From an uncultured Acidobacteriota bacterium (lineage in GTDB: Bacteria > Acidobacteriota > UBA6911 > RPQK01 > JAPXNP01): DNA of 64,000 nt. The stretch is from NCBI GenBank assembly GCA_963777605.1, contig CAVZRV010000031.1, positions 288,001 to 352,000 on the forward strand, given 5' to 3'. Both the position numbers and the translations under genes were made by a program. Under the pieces are notes generated by a model. It had not been told where the DNA came from. It saw nothing but the letters and a program-made list of their open reading frames with translations, and did not search any database. Of the stretch, positions 22,451 through 32,197 are shown piece after piece (the stretch's first letter is position 1; every line of letters starts with the position of its first letter).

Positions 22451-22957
22451 TCACGGCCGGGGAGCGACTTGATAGAAGACCTCCCGTTCCTGGTGTGCCC
22501 AATCGATCAATGCTCCCGTCGCCGCTCCGGCTCCGAACCCCATGACAGCGGGTCCGAGGTAGACCGCCACGGCCTCGCCGTCCCAGAGAGGACCGCTTGC
22601 CGTCAAGTGTGCGTTGTAGGCGGCAGTTCCCAGAAAACCAGCGCCGAAGCCGATCAAACCTCCGGTCAACAGCCCGTTTCTTTGACTGTCCGGAACAGTG
22701 ACCGCAGATTCAATCCGCTCGATGCTGCCCCGGGAAACGAGCACCGGTGTGCTTCCGGGACTCCTGGAGACAATCAACATCTCAGGTTCCGAACCCAGGA
22801 ACGATGCAGCTTCCGTCCTCCCGTCCCTGAATGTCAGCAGGATTTCGGTTCCGACGCCGAGTTGCTCGACTTTCTCCCACCTTCCAGGCACGGTCGCGCC
22901 CATCGAAACAGAGGCAAGAAGCAGAATCCAACCAATCAGAATAATCACTTTCTTCAT
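22451..22957 (-). CDS. Hypothetical exported/membrane protein with glycine-zipper-like helices
   Basis: Signal peptide; Gly-rich segments GGLIGFGAG and GFGAGAATGALID. Confidence 0.65.
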   Translation of the reverse strand: MKKVIILIGWILLLASVSMGATVPGRWEKVEQLGVGTEILLTFRDGRTEAASFLGSEPEMLIVSRSPGSTPVLVSRGSIERIESAVTVPDSQRNGLLTGGLIGFGAGFLGTAAYNAHLTASGPLWDGEAVAVYLGPAVMGFGAGAATGALIDWAHQEREVFYQVAPRP

Positions 22958-23373
22958 TCGTCTTCTCCCGGACACGACAAGACGCACGAAAGGCGCCAGC
23001 GGGCACTCCAGGGCCGACGGGCTTCGGAGCCCTCATTCGGAAGAGAAGACGCAAGGCATTCACTGCACCCGGTGCAATGATTCCGTGCAGTTCAAAACGG
23101 ACGGCCTGGGCTGGAATAGGAGAGTCCAGCCCACTGGCAGTTCGGTCGTTGCCCCGGGCGGCGTGACCAGTGGATAGGTTCGGATAATTTGGAGGAGCTG
23201 GCAAGCCGGGGATGAGATTGCCCAGTATAAGATCGAGGCTTCGATTTCGGTTCCGCGCAAGCATCTGGGCGCCTTTGGCGTGTTGGTCTGGCGGTGCTTC
23301 CCGGCTGCGTTTTCTGAATGATCCCCCGCACCGCGGCGCGGGTGGGCAGGGGCCGGGGTCATTCACTTCGGAC

Positions 23374-23769
23374 TCAGGGGTTCTCGCCGGGAGGTGGCTG
23401 CCGATTCTCGAAGCGCTGCATGCGCTCCTCGTGGCGGCGGCGCATCTCGGCCAGCGTCGCTTTCTGCTCCTCCGTGAGAACGGGAAGGAGCTTGTCCTGG
23501 GCTTTATCCAGGATGGAATCCACCTTGGGCCGGACCGATCTGTGCAGCTCTTCGAGCTGTTTCTGGGCCTCCAGAATCGCGCCGTCGAAGACTTCCTTCT
23601 GTTCCGGGGTCAGCTGCAATTCGCGGACGACGCCGGCCTCCATTCGGGCGAGGAATTGATCGGGTGAGGGGGACCGCCTTCGGCTCGAGAACTGGTCGAA
23701 CGTGACTCCTGACAAAAAGCCGAGAATAAACAGAAGAATGACTCCTAGCAATGATTTCCAGCGCTTCAC
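23374..23769 (-). CDS. Periplasmic helical Spy/CpxP-like accessory protein
   Basis: N-terminal TM helix and two LTxEQ motifs; third gene of the ECF operon. Confidence 0.7.
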   Translation of the reverse strand: MKRWKSLLGVILLFILGFLSGVTFDQFSSRRRSPSPDQFLARMEAGVVRELQLTPEQKEVFDGAILEAQKQLEELHRSVRPKVDSILDKAQDKLLPVLTEEQKATLAEMRRRHEERMQRFENRQPPPGENP

Positions 23770-24146
23770 GGATTATCCTCCTCCCCCTCATGGGCAATGA
23801 CGGCAGTCGTCACCTGGTCGCGAGTGAGATCCACGTTTTCGGAAGCGGCAAACGTGCTCCAGAAAATCTGATCTGCGGCGGTGAAGGTCGATGTCTGAAG
23901 CGGCTTCATAATCAGAAAGCCTGCCAGCAGGAGCGTGATCATGGCGAAAATCGGTGCGAACCGCCAGCACAGATCTCCAATCATGAGTGGACTCCAACTG
24001 ACGATCTCAAGCTCGGCTGAAAGCTTGCTTCGGAAGCCGACCAGGAAGTCCGCGTCCGCCCTTCGCTCCGGGGAAACCGGGGTGCGGGACTGAAACAGCT
24101 CCTGTGCCAGTCGATCCAGTTGTTCAGAATTCAGCTTCTTCGCCAT
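23766..24146 (-). CDS. Probable single-TM anti-sigma factor
   Basis: Immediately downstream of the ECF sigma; one central TM helix. Confidence 0.6.
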   Translation of the reverse strand: MAKKLNSEQLDRLAQELFQSRTPVSPERRADADFLVGFRSKLSAELEIVSWSPLMIGDLCWRFAPIFAMITLLLAGFLIMKPLQTSTFTAADQIFWSTFAASENVDLTRDQVTTAVIAHEGEEDNP

Positions 24147-24182
24147 CTTGATTCCCTCTTTTCGAGTGGCCCTTTCCACTCC

Positions 24183-24884
24183 TCACTGATTCATCAATCT
24201 TTCCAGGGCCTTTCTCAGTGCTCTCTTGGCCCGGTGGGCCCGAACCCGAATGTTGACCTCGGAAGATCCCATAATCTCGGCAACTTCCGTTGAATTCATC
24301 CCTTCTCCGTAGAGCAAGTGCAATATCGCCTGGTCTTTGGGGGAAATCTGCGGCAGCACTTTCTCAAGAATCTCCCGGGCTTCCGTGCTGTCAGCAGTCC
24401 GGCCACCCTCATCGACCGATTCCCGCCCAAAAAAACGTTCCAGCCAGATTTCCTCATCTTCGCCGAGCTGCGAAATCGAGTGTTCAGGCCTGCGTTTCGA
24501 ATGCCGGATCCGGTCCAGGGAAAGATTGATGGCAATCCGAACCACCCAGTTCTCGAAAGGCACTCCCGTACGCAGCTTCTCCAACTTCAAAAACGCCCTC
24601 ACGAAGGTATCCTGGGCCACGTCCTCAGCATCTTCCAACCTGGGGAAGAAGCGCATCGCAACCCTCGTGACCCGGCCGCGATGGCGGAGAACCAGCTCTT
24701 CAAAGGCCCGATGCGATCCATTTCGAGCCAGTGCCACGAGACAGTCATCGTCCTGGCTGGAGAGATCCTGCGAGGTTTCCTTGCCGGCCGCCATCACCAG
24801 TAAGTTGGGAAGCCTCAACAGGCTGTTCAATCCACGCTCGACCGCAATCTCATTCAGCATTGGACCGCCACCGGTTTCATTCAC
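24183..24884 (-). CDS. ECF RNA polymerase sigma factor
   Basis: AFEELVLRH, DAEDVAQDTF, WVVRIAIN and region 4 EVAEIMG..NIRVRAHRA. Confidence 0.92.
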   Translation of the reverse strand: MNETGGGPMLNEIAVERGLNSLLRLPNLLVMAAGKETSQDLSSQDDDCLVALARNGSHRAFEELVLRHRGRVTRVAMRFFPRLEDAEDVAQDTFVRAFLKLEKLRTGVPFENWVVRIAINLSLDRIRHSKRRPEHSISQLGEDEEIWLERFFGRESVDEGGRTADSTEAREILEKVLPQISPKDQAILHLLYGEGMNSTEVAEIMGSSEVNIRVRAHRAKRALRKALERLMNQ

Positions 24885-25152
24885 GCTGTCTACGCCGACT
24901 CTCTACAAATCGTTACACACCCGCCCGGGGAATTCACCAGGACTCCGACGAGGGGAGAAGAATACCCACAGAACGCCTGACGTGCTGATTCCACTCCCCT
25001 TCTCCGGGAGGTCCCCGGTCTCAACAGTCAACCCGGTCGTCAACTGCGAATGTAACGGTTTGGCGAAATGCGGCGTTAGCGATGTGGTTGACGCGGCACC
25101 CGCTGACCAGGCGGTTTACGGAGGCCGCCGAATCCCACCACAAGGAGTCACT

Positions 25153-26647
25153 ATGAGACGGAATCGCTACATCGCACTTGCAGGAGTTGGGGTCGTCATC
25201 GCCGCCGTGGTTTTGGTCTCGGCTTTCGTCTCTAGAGGATCCGATCAGACCACGGCAAATGAATTCCTGACCGCCCCCGTTGGTCAAGGAAATATCGAGC
25301 GGAAGGTCACCTCTACCGGCACGCTCGAAGCAGTTATCACCGTCCAGGTCGGCAGCCAGGTTTCCGGTCGTATCAAGGAACTGAATGCCGACTTCAACAG
25401 TATCGTCAAGAAGGGTCAGGTTCTGGCCATCATCGACCCGGCGAACTATGAAGCCCGCCTCGAGAAGGCGGAAGCCGCCCTGGCGACCAACCGTGCCGGG
25501 GTCGAGAACGCCCAGGCGAACGTGCACAACCGGGAGGCTGAACTGACCGCAGCCAAGGCCAACGTGGACGGTCGCGAAGCTTCAGGTCGAGCAGGCTCAA
25601 CGGCTCCTGGACCGCTACCAGCGCCTCTGGAAAGAGAAACTCGTCACCGAGCAGGATCTGGAAGACACTCAGACCAAGCTCGAGTCGGCCCAGGGACAGG
25701 TCCAGCAACTGGAAGCGCAGATCACCCAGTCCGCCGCCGCAATTTCTTCATCCAAAGCTCAGCTCAACCAGTCTCGGGCCAACGTCCAGCAGGCAGAAGC
25801 GGACCTGAATATGGCAAAGATCGACCTGGCGTACACCAGTATCGCTTCCCCCATCGACGGGGTCGTCATCGAACGGAATGTGGACATCGGCCAGACCGTC
25901 GCCGCGACGCTGCAGGCTCCCACGCTCTTCCTGATCGCCAACGACCTGACCCGGATGCGGGTCGTGGCACAGGTTGACGAAGCCGACATCGGCTCGATCT
26001 CTGAAAACGCCGAAGCCACCTTTACGGTTGACTCGTTTCCCAACCAGGTCTTCAAGGGAAGGATCTCTGAGATCCGCCTGGGCAGCACGGCCAGCGAGGG
26101 CACGAGCAACTCCAACGTAGTCGTCTACAACGTCATTGTCGAAGTAGAAAACCCGAACCTTCAGCTGCGTCCGGGGATGACCGCAACGATCGATTTTACG
26201 GTTGCCAAGACGGACAACGCGCTCCTGGTACCCAATTCCGCCCTGCGCTTTGTTCCGCTCGGGATCCCCGCGAAAGAGAGACAGGAAAGCGGAGATGCGG
26301 CGCGGAAGCAGCGGCCTGAAGCCGAAGTCAATGAATCGAGCGGCACCCCGGTCTCGGTCTATACTTCGACCGAACAGTACGGGATCAAGCCCGGGCCCAA
26401 GATTCACTTTCCCAACCCGGAAGCCATCTCTTCCAACTGGGGATCGGTCTGGGTCCTCGGAGCGAACGGTCAACCCGAGCGGCGTGAGGTTTTGCTCGGC
26501 GTCACCGACGGCATCGAGACCGCCATCGTTGAGGGCAATCTGAAAAAGGACGATCCGGTTATCATCCGCCAATTCGAGAAGGCCAAGGATTCGAGCGGCA
26601 CGACCCGCTCTCCGTTCGGTCCCGCGGGGCGCAGAGGGGGAGGATAA
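25153..26647 (+). CDS. MacA-like periplasmic adaptor (membrane fusion protein); frameshift at ~25580
   Basis: VQVGSQVSGRI..DFNSIVKKGQ, then SPIDGVVIERNVDIGQTVAA and LRPGMTA in a second frame. Confidence 0.88.
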
Positions 26648-26651
26648 GTCG

Positions 26652-27402
26652 ATGGCAACTGCTAACGCTCAAGTTCAACGGCTCGCGGAGGAAACCCGCC
26701 GGATGGCAGAGCCGGCAGGCTCTGATCCGGATTCGGGACCTTTGGAAGATCTACGACCTGGGTGAAGTCAAGGTACAGGCATTGCGGGGTGTTTCCCTCG
26801 ACATCGAGGACGGGTCATTTGTCGCGATCATGGGCAGTTCCGGGTCCGGAAAGTCCACTTTGCTCAACATCCTGGGCTGCCTGGATCGTCCGACCAGGGG
26901 ATTCTACCTCCTCGACGGCATCGATGTTTCGACCTATTCGGCAGCAATGCGGGCCGACATTAGGAACGAGAAGATCGGATTCGTGTTTCAGAACTTCAAT
27001 CTCCTTCCCCGGTCCTCGGTCTGGGAGAACGTGGAAGCCCCGATGCTCTACGCCGGCGTCAACCGCGCGGAGCGGTCCCGGCGGGTCGAAGAGGCTCTGG
27101 AAATCGTGCGGATCCCCGAGAAAGCCAAGGCGTTTCCGAACCAGCTGTCAGGAGGGCAGCAGCAGCGTGTCGCAATCGCTCGAGCCATCATCAATCAACC
27201 GTCGATCCTGCTGGCCGATGAGCCGACCGGAAACCTGGACAGTGTCACCTCGAAAGAGCTCCTGATCTTCATGAGGGAACTCAATCAGATCAAGGGACTG
27301 ACTCTCGTCATGGTGACCCACGACGACGAGGCCGCCACCTATGCCTCGCGGTTGATCGTGATGAGAGATGGGCAAATCGAAAGCGATAACAGCCAGGACT
27401 AG
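26652..27402 (+). CDS. MacB/LolD-type ABC ATP-binding protein; probable frameshift near the 5' end
   Basis: LIRIRDLWKIYDLG precedes the tracked ORF in frame; GSSGSGKST, LSGGQQQR and LADEPTGNLD motifs. Confidence 0.9.
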
Positions 27403-27498
27403 TTCACAGGTGGGGTGGAACCGGCGTGAAACCAAGAGAGCGCAATTTGATTTTGTTTTGAGTGGGTCGCCGAGCACGGAACGTACCCACGGAAACAG

Positions 27499-28725
27499 GT
27501 GAGTATCATGAGCTTCTGGACGATTCTAAAAATAGCCGTTAAGGCAATGACCCGAAATAAATTTCGGGCGTTTCTGACGATGCTCGGGATCATCATCGGG
27601 GTCGGTGCCGTCATCGCGATGATTGCACTCGGCCAGGGGGCCCAGGAGCAGGTCAAGGAGAGGATCTCGTCCATGGGAACCGACATCCTCTGGGTCCGAG
27701 CCGGAAGTCGGATGTCTCGCGGAATCAGCGGCGGAGCCGGTTCGGTCACCACGCTCACACCGGAAGATTTCGACGCCATCGCGCGGGAATGTCCCTCGGT
27801 AGCAGGCACCAGTCCGACAGCAAACGCCGCCGGCCAGGTCGTCTACGGAAACCGCAATTGGAACGTTCGGGTCGAAGGCTTCAACCAAGAGTTCACTCAA
27901 CTCAGGGACTGGGATATCGCACAAGGCACATTCTTCGACGATCGTCACGTCCGTTCGGCCGCTCGAGTAGCGGTCCTCGGCCAGACCGTCGTCGACAAGC
28001 TCTTCCCGGACACGTCACCGATCGGCAAGACGATCCGGATTGCTCACCTTCCGTTTCGTGTGATCGGCGTTTTGGCGAAGAAAGGCTCGGGCATGCGCGG
28101 CGAAGACCAGGACGACACCATCATCGTCCCCTTCACGACCATCCAGAAGAAGTTTCAGTCCAGCGCCCTCTACGTCCAGTCGGGGATCATCAAGGCTGTC
28201 TCCGGACGATCGGCCTATGCCGAAGAGGAAATTCAGGCCCTTCTTCGCCAAAGGCACCAGATTGCATCAGGCCAGGATGACGACTTCAGCGTCATCAACT
28301 TGAGCGAAATGGCGGCCATGCTGGAGGAAACCCAGGGAGTCATGACCACGTTGCTGGCAGCGATCGCGGCCGTTTCACTGGTCGTGGGCGGCATTGGGAT
28401 CATGAATATCATGCTGGTGTCCGTTTCTGAACGGACCCGTGAAATCGGTATCCACATGAGCATCGGGGCCCGTCCCAGCCACGTGCGCATCCAGTTCCTG
28501 TCCGAGTCGATCCTGCTCTGCATCATGGGTGGGCTCATCGGTCTGCTCTTCGGGATCGCCAGTTCGCTGGGAGTTTCAACCTTTTTGGGCTGGCCCGTCC
28601 ATCTTACGCTTCAGTCGATCTGGGTTGCGCTCGTCTTCCCAACCGCTATCGGCGTCTTCTTCGGGTATTACCCGGCCCACAAGGCCGCCCTCCTGGATCC
28701 TATCGAAGCACTGCGCTACGAGTAG
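27499..28725 (+). CDS. MacB-type ABC permease
   Basis: LTMLGIIIGV, GGIGIMNIMLVSVSERTREIG and LDPIEALRYE motifs. Confidence 0.93.
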   Translation: MSIMSFWTILKIAVKAMTRNKFRAFLTMLGIIIGVGAVIAMIALGQGAQEQVKERISSMGTDILWVRAGSRMSRGISGGAGSVTTLTPEDFDAIARECPSVAGTSPTANAAGQVVYGNRNWNVRVEGFNQEFTQLRDWDIAQGTFFDDRHVRSAARVAVLGQTVVDKLFPDTSPIGKTIRIAHLPFRVIGVLAKKGSGMRGEDQDDTIIVPFTTIQKKFQSSALYVQSGIIKAVSGRSAYAEEEIQALLRQRHQIASGQDDDFSVINLSEMAAMLEETQGVMTTLLAAIAAVSLVVGGIGIMNIMLVSVSERTREIGIHMSIGARPSHVRIQFLSESILLCIMGGLIGLLFGIASSLGVSTFLGWPVHLTLQSIWVALVFPTAIGVFFGYYPAHKAALLDPIEALRYE

Positions 28726-28830
28726 GTTGGAGGGACTGGAAGGTTGGGAGGGTTTGGAGATCCTGGAGAAGCCAACCTGAAACTTCATTTGGGATGAGTT
28801 GGAAATCCTGGATGAACCTGGAGTTTGCAG

Positions 28831-30048
28831 TCAGATGCCGGTGAACAGAGAAGTGATCAGACCGGCCAGCAACACTGCCAGGAAAGCGAAGACGACAACC
28901 CGTTTCAAGCCGATCCCTGAACCGGACATGGAATGGCCCATTGCTTCACGGTCCTGCTGGTACTTTCTGTGGAACCAGATCAGCCACCCGGCAACTCCCG
29001 CAAACACCAGGTTCATCCAGAAAGTGTAGTCAACCTTGAACTGAACCAGTTCGGCAGTCTTCCCGACGGCGTCGGGAGTCAGGGACATCGCTTCGAAGAG
29101 CACGTCGAGCAGGAGTGCGGTCGCCACGATGCTGACGAACATTACCCCGGCAATGTAAAGCGCCACCCGCCAGCCGTAGTATTTCGCGTTGATCCGGACC
29201 AGGGGCGGCACCATCAGGTCCGAGTAGATGAATCCCATGATCCCGGCGAAGAGCACGCCGTTGGCATGCAGGACGGTGGCAAGCGGAATGTTTCCCATCG
29301 ACCCGATAAAGGTCGCCGCCGCAACGAACGGGGCAACCGCCGCATTTTCAACAACGACCAGCCAGTGCGGCAGGTCGAGGCCGGTCCCCTGAAGAAAGAT
29401 CGCCTCCCAGACCGACGCCGGCACGAAGACCGCCATGAAGCCGGCCACCGTGAAGCCGATGAGGATGTCCTCCCAGACCATCTTCCACTCCATCACGAAC
29501 TTGTGGCCGACCAGGTGCCATCCTTGCCGGCTCCGGATCCTTTTTCTCCAGTCGAAATCCCCTTCTTCGTCGTCCGCTTCGGCTTCGACCTTTTCCCGAG
29601 CCCGTTCCAGCCAGGCCTTGGGATAGGTGACCCGGATCAGAAGCGTGCTGATCACGATCAGCACTAATCCACCGACGATCTCGGCCGCGAGAAACGGCCA
29701 ACCGAGGAAAATAACGATCAGAATGCCCAGTTCGATGACCAGGTTGGTCGAGGCAAACATGAACGCAACCGCCGCCGTGAAATGAGCGCCCTTCATTACA
29801 AGGGAGCGGGCCGTGGCCAGGGCGGCGAATGAACAAGAGGAGGAGGCAGCCCCAAACAGGGTGGACAGTGAAATGCTCTTTGGATCGGGCCGCCCCATGT
29901 AGGGAGTCAATCGTCCCTTGGGCACAAAAGCCTGGATGACACCGCTGACAAAATAGCCCAATATGAACGCCCATCCCGACTTCCAGAAGAATCCAACAGC
30001 CGTTATGGCGGCCTCACCGTAAAGTTGCAAGAACCCAGTACTCATCAA
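28831..30048 (-). CDS. DUF318/ArsP-like predicted permease
   Basis: GAASSSCSFAA, FMFASTNLVIELG and SMGNIPLA motifs; multiple TM helices. Confidence 0.85.
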   Translation of the reverse strand: MMSTGFLQLYGEAAITAVGFFWKSGWAFILGYFVSGVIQAFVPKGRLTPYMGRPDPKSISLSTLFGAASSSCSFAALATARSLVMKGAHFTAAVAFMFASTNLVIELGILIVIFLGWPFLAAEIVGGLVLIVISTLLIRVTYPKAWLERAREKVEAEADDEEGDFDWRKRIRSRQGWHLVGHKFVMEWKMVWEDILIGFTVAGFMAVFVPASVWEAIFLQGTGLDLPHWLVVVENAAVAPFVAAATFIGSMGNIPLATVLHANGVLFAGIMGFIYSDLMVPPLVRINAKYYGWRVALYIAGVMFVSIVATALLLDVLFEAMSLTPDAVGKTAELVQFKVDYTFWMNLVFAGVAGWLIWFHRKYQQDREAMGHSMSGSGIGLKRVVVFAFLAVLLAGLITSLFTGI

Positions 30049-30112
30049 ATCAGGAACCCTTCCCCTTCACCACTTTGCGATCTCCTTGAATTGTTCTCTA
30101 CGACGGCAGCGG

Positions 30113-30349
30113 CTAGGATCTCAGACTCCTCATTCGTTCTTCGAATTCGTCCTTATCGATTTCGCCGCGGGCATACCGCTTTCTCAGGAGTTCCTCCGCC
30201 GACTCGGTGCGTTCGGACGGATTCCGCCTCCCGGCCTGTGTACCCCACCAGATTGCCCCGACGACCAGGGCCAACAGAAAAATCCAAATTAATCCCATTC
30301 CAGCCATACTTCCCATGCTCCCCATGTGTGACCATCCATATCCGTACAT
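30113..30349 (-). CDS. SHOCT-domain small membrane protein with Met/Gly-rich N-terminus
   Basis: AEELLRKRYARGEIDKDEFEE motif and one TM helix. Confidence 0.85.
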   Translation of the reverse strand: MYGYGWSHMGSMGSMAGMGLIWIFLLALVVGAIWWGTQAGRRNPSERTESAEELLRKRYARGEIDKDEFEERMRSLRS

Positions 30350-30440
30350 TGTATTTTCACTTTCTTTCTTAGACTCTTTAATTCCATGTTAACGAACCGC
30401 CTTCAATCTGCAAGCGGCTCACGATGTCACCATCCCTAAA

Positions 30441-30456
30441 AGCATTTTCCGTTCCA
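30441..30456 (-). promoter_or_regulatory. Sigma-54 -24/-12 promoter for SHOCT and permease genes
   Basis: Minus strand TGGAACGGAAAATGCT (GG-N10-GC). Confidence 0.6.
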
Positions 30457-30543
30457 CAATCAATTGCTGCATTTGAAACACCCTGGTGATTGAAACCAAC
30501 CAGATAAGCTTCATCCAAAAAGGCTTTCACTGGACGATTCTTC

Positions 30544-30559
30544 TGGAACAGATCGTGCT
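30544..30559 (+). promoter_or_regulatory. Sigma-54 -24/-12 promoter for the Met-rich protein
   Basis: TGGAACAGATCGTGCT (GG-N10-GC). Confidence 0.6.
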
Positions 30560-30641
30560 TCTTCTAACAATGTCAGTTGACAGTAAGCGAATCGAAAACC
30601 TCAATAACCAATCTCTCAAAGAGAGTGGGAGGATTACTGAA

Positions 30642-31070
30642 ATGAAACGCAACATACTTGGATTGGTCTTAATACTCGCGCTGGGACTCCTTCTTGGATT
30701 TTCCTATGCACAGAACAGTGGTAACAGCGGTTATCAGGGAATGTACGGGATGCACAACCAGCAGGGCATGATGGGACCCATGAGTCAGGGTCAAATGATG
30801 TCCCGATACCAGGGGATGCTCTCGCAAATGCAGGCGAGCGACCAGGAACTGGACTCCCTCGCCCAGAACCTGAAAGCGGCCAAGGACAACACCCAGAAAA
30901 TCCAGATCATGCAGAAGATGCTCGAAAGAATGGTCGCGAATAGAGGCCAGATGCGGGAGCAAATGATGGCCATGCTGCCGCAAATGATGGAACACATGTC
31001 CGAACACATGCAGTCGAATCAGAACGGGGGTAATTCTTCAATGGGCTCCGGTCACATGATGAACCCTTAG
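30642..31070 (+). CDS. Secreted methionine-rich helical protein (putative Cu/Ag binding)
   Basis: Signal peptide ending SYA-Q; very high Met content (e.g. QMMAMLPQMMEHMSEHMQ). Confidence 0.75.
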   Translation: MKRNILGLVLILALGLLLGFSYAQNSGNSGYQGMYGMHNQQGMMGPMSQGQMMSRYQGMLSQMQASDQELDSLAQNLKAAKDNTQKIQIMQKMLERMVANRGQMREQMMAMLPQMMEHMSEHMQSNQNGGNSSMGSGHMMNP

Positions 31071-31100
31071 AATCAGTAGATCTCATGATTCTCAGCGTAA

Positions 31101-31132
31101 AGGTGGAGCCGAGAGATCTCTCCGCTCCACCT
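31101..31132. terminator. Stem-loop after the Met-rich gene
   Basis: AGGTGGAGC-C-GAGAG-AT-CTCTC-C-GCTCCACCT; weak U-tract. Confidence 0.5.
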
Positions 31133-31273
31133 AAGAACTGAAACAGCGGAGAGATCGGTGCAACACAATTGTGAGGCAAAAATGCGGCCCGTGACAATTC
31201 TGAGGTACCGACACCTGCGTGATTTCAAGCAACTACACTGACAGCAGCAAAAGCACAGGGAGGACAAAGAACC

Positions 31274-31639
31274 ATGAATGCCATCGTGAAGAAGAGAACT
31301 CTCCACATTTCAGGATTCCATAGTGAAGAAGAGCGATCCCAAATCGAAGCTGCGATTCTCAGCTTGACTGGTGTCAGGGCTGTGGAACTGGCTGGCGATG
31401 GGACAGTCGTGATCGAGTATGACCTGATGGAAATCAACCTCGCGGAGATCGAGGAGGCGATCAAATCAGGGACTCATCACAGCCTGAAATCCGGCCTGGT
31501 CGGTCGACTGAGAAGGGCCTTTATCCACAACGCCGAGCAAAATGAAATGGACTACCTGACGGCGCCGAGCGCGCCCTGCTGCTCGAATCCGCGGTTCTGT
31601 TCCTACGACCGCAACCAGACAACGCAATCGCACTCTTGA
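31274..31639 (+). CDS. HMA-fold protein lacking the canonical CxxC
   Basis: TLHISG...IEAAILSLTGVRAV...VIEYD ferredoxin-like pattern; C-terminal PCCSNP..C. Confidence 0.65.
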   Translation: MNAIVKKRTLHISGFHSEEERSQIEAAILSLTGVRAVELAGDGTVVIEYDLMEINLAEIEEAIKSGTHHSLKSGLVGRLRRAFIHNAEQNEMDYLTAPSAPCCSNPRFCSYDRNQTTQSHS

Positions 31640-31745
31640 CGCAGGGCGCTGCCTGGTTTTGTCGGCCCCTCCGATGGGATCCTCGAAGCCGGCAGCGAGA
31701 GTGCACTCGGGTGAATCAGGGCAGGTCTCAAGGGCACAGAGGCCG

Positions 31746-32072
31746 TCAGACATCGTTTCCATCTGCAGGAGCCTTGTTTCGAATTCGGTAGAGTTCGTCG
31801 ACCGGTTGGACGGCAATCACGCCGTCTCCGGCTGTACCGGTGTGGGCCTCTTCCATGATGGCGTTGACAATCTCCTCGGCGCGATCCTGGTGGATGAAGA
31901 TCTCGAGGCGGACATGGCGAACCATCCAGTCCCGCCGGAAGAAGTTGGCGTACTCACCGAAACCCTTGACGTGGGTGACGGTCACTCCCCGCACTCCGAT
32001 GTTACGCAGTTTTTCCTCTACACATTCCAGACGCTCGGTGTGAATGATGGCTGTAATCTTTTTCCAATTCAT
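31746..32072 (-). CDS. P-II-like signal transduction protein (short T-loop, metal-efflux-associated type)
   Basis: KKITAII, GVTVTHVKGFG, TGTAGDG B-loop and YRIR motifs. Confidence 0.9.
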   Translation of the reverse strand: MNWKKITAIIHTERLECVEEKLRNIGVRGVTVTHVKGFGEYANFFRRDWMVRHVRLEIFIHQDRAEEIVNAIMEEAHTGTAGDGVIAVQPVDELYRIRNKAPADGNDV

Positions 32073-32095
32073 GGATGTCCTCGAAATCGTTGTGC

Positions 32096-32111
32096 AGCAA
32101 TACCTGTTCCA
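32096..32111 (-). promoter_or_regulatory. Sigma-54 promoter for the P-II gene
   Basis: Minus strand TGGAACAGGTATTGCT, about 24 nt before the ATG, with a GAGG RBS in between. Confidence 0.7.
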
Positions 32112-32137
32112 ATGGATCTTAGGCCAAGAGCCGTTGG

Positions 32138-32153
32138 TGGAACACAAATTGCT
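32138..32153 (+). promoter_or_regulatory. Sigma-54 promoter for copA
   Basis: TGGAACACAAATTGCT, about 45 nt before the ATG. Confidence 0.7.
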
Positions 32154-32197
32154 CCAGAAAGTAAGAGTTGAGGAAGGTAGAAAGACGAAGGCTAAGA

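Noticed and set aside
31203-31218. Sigma-54 motif upstream of the HMA-like gene (AGGTACCGACACCTGC)
   Set aside because: GG-to-GC spacing is 11 nt, not the required 10.
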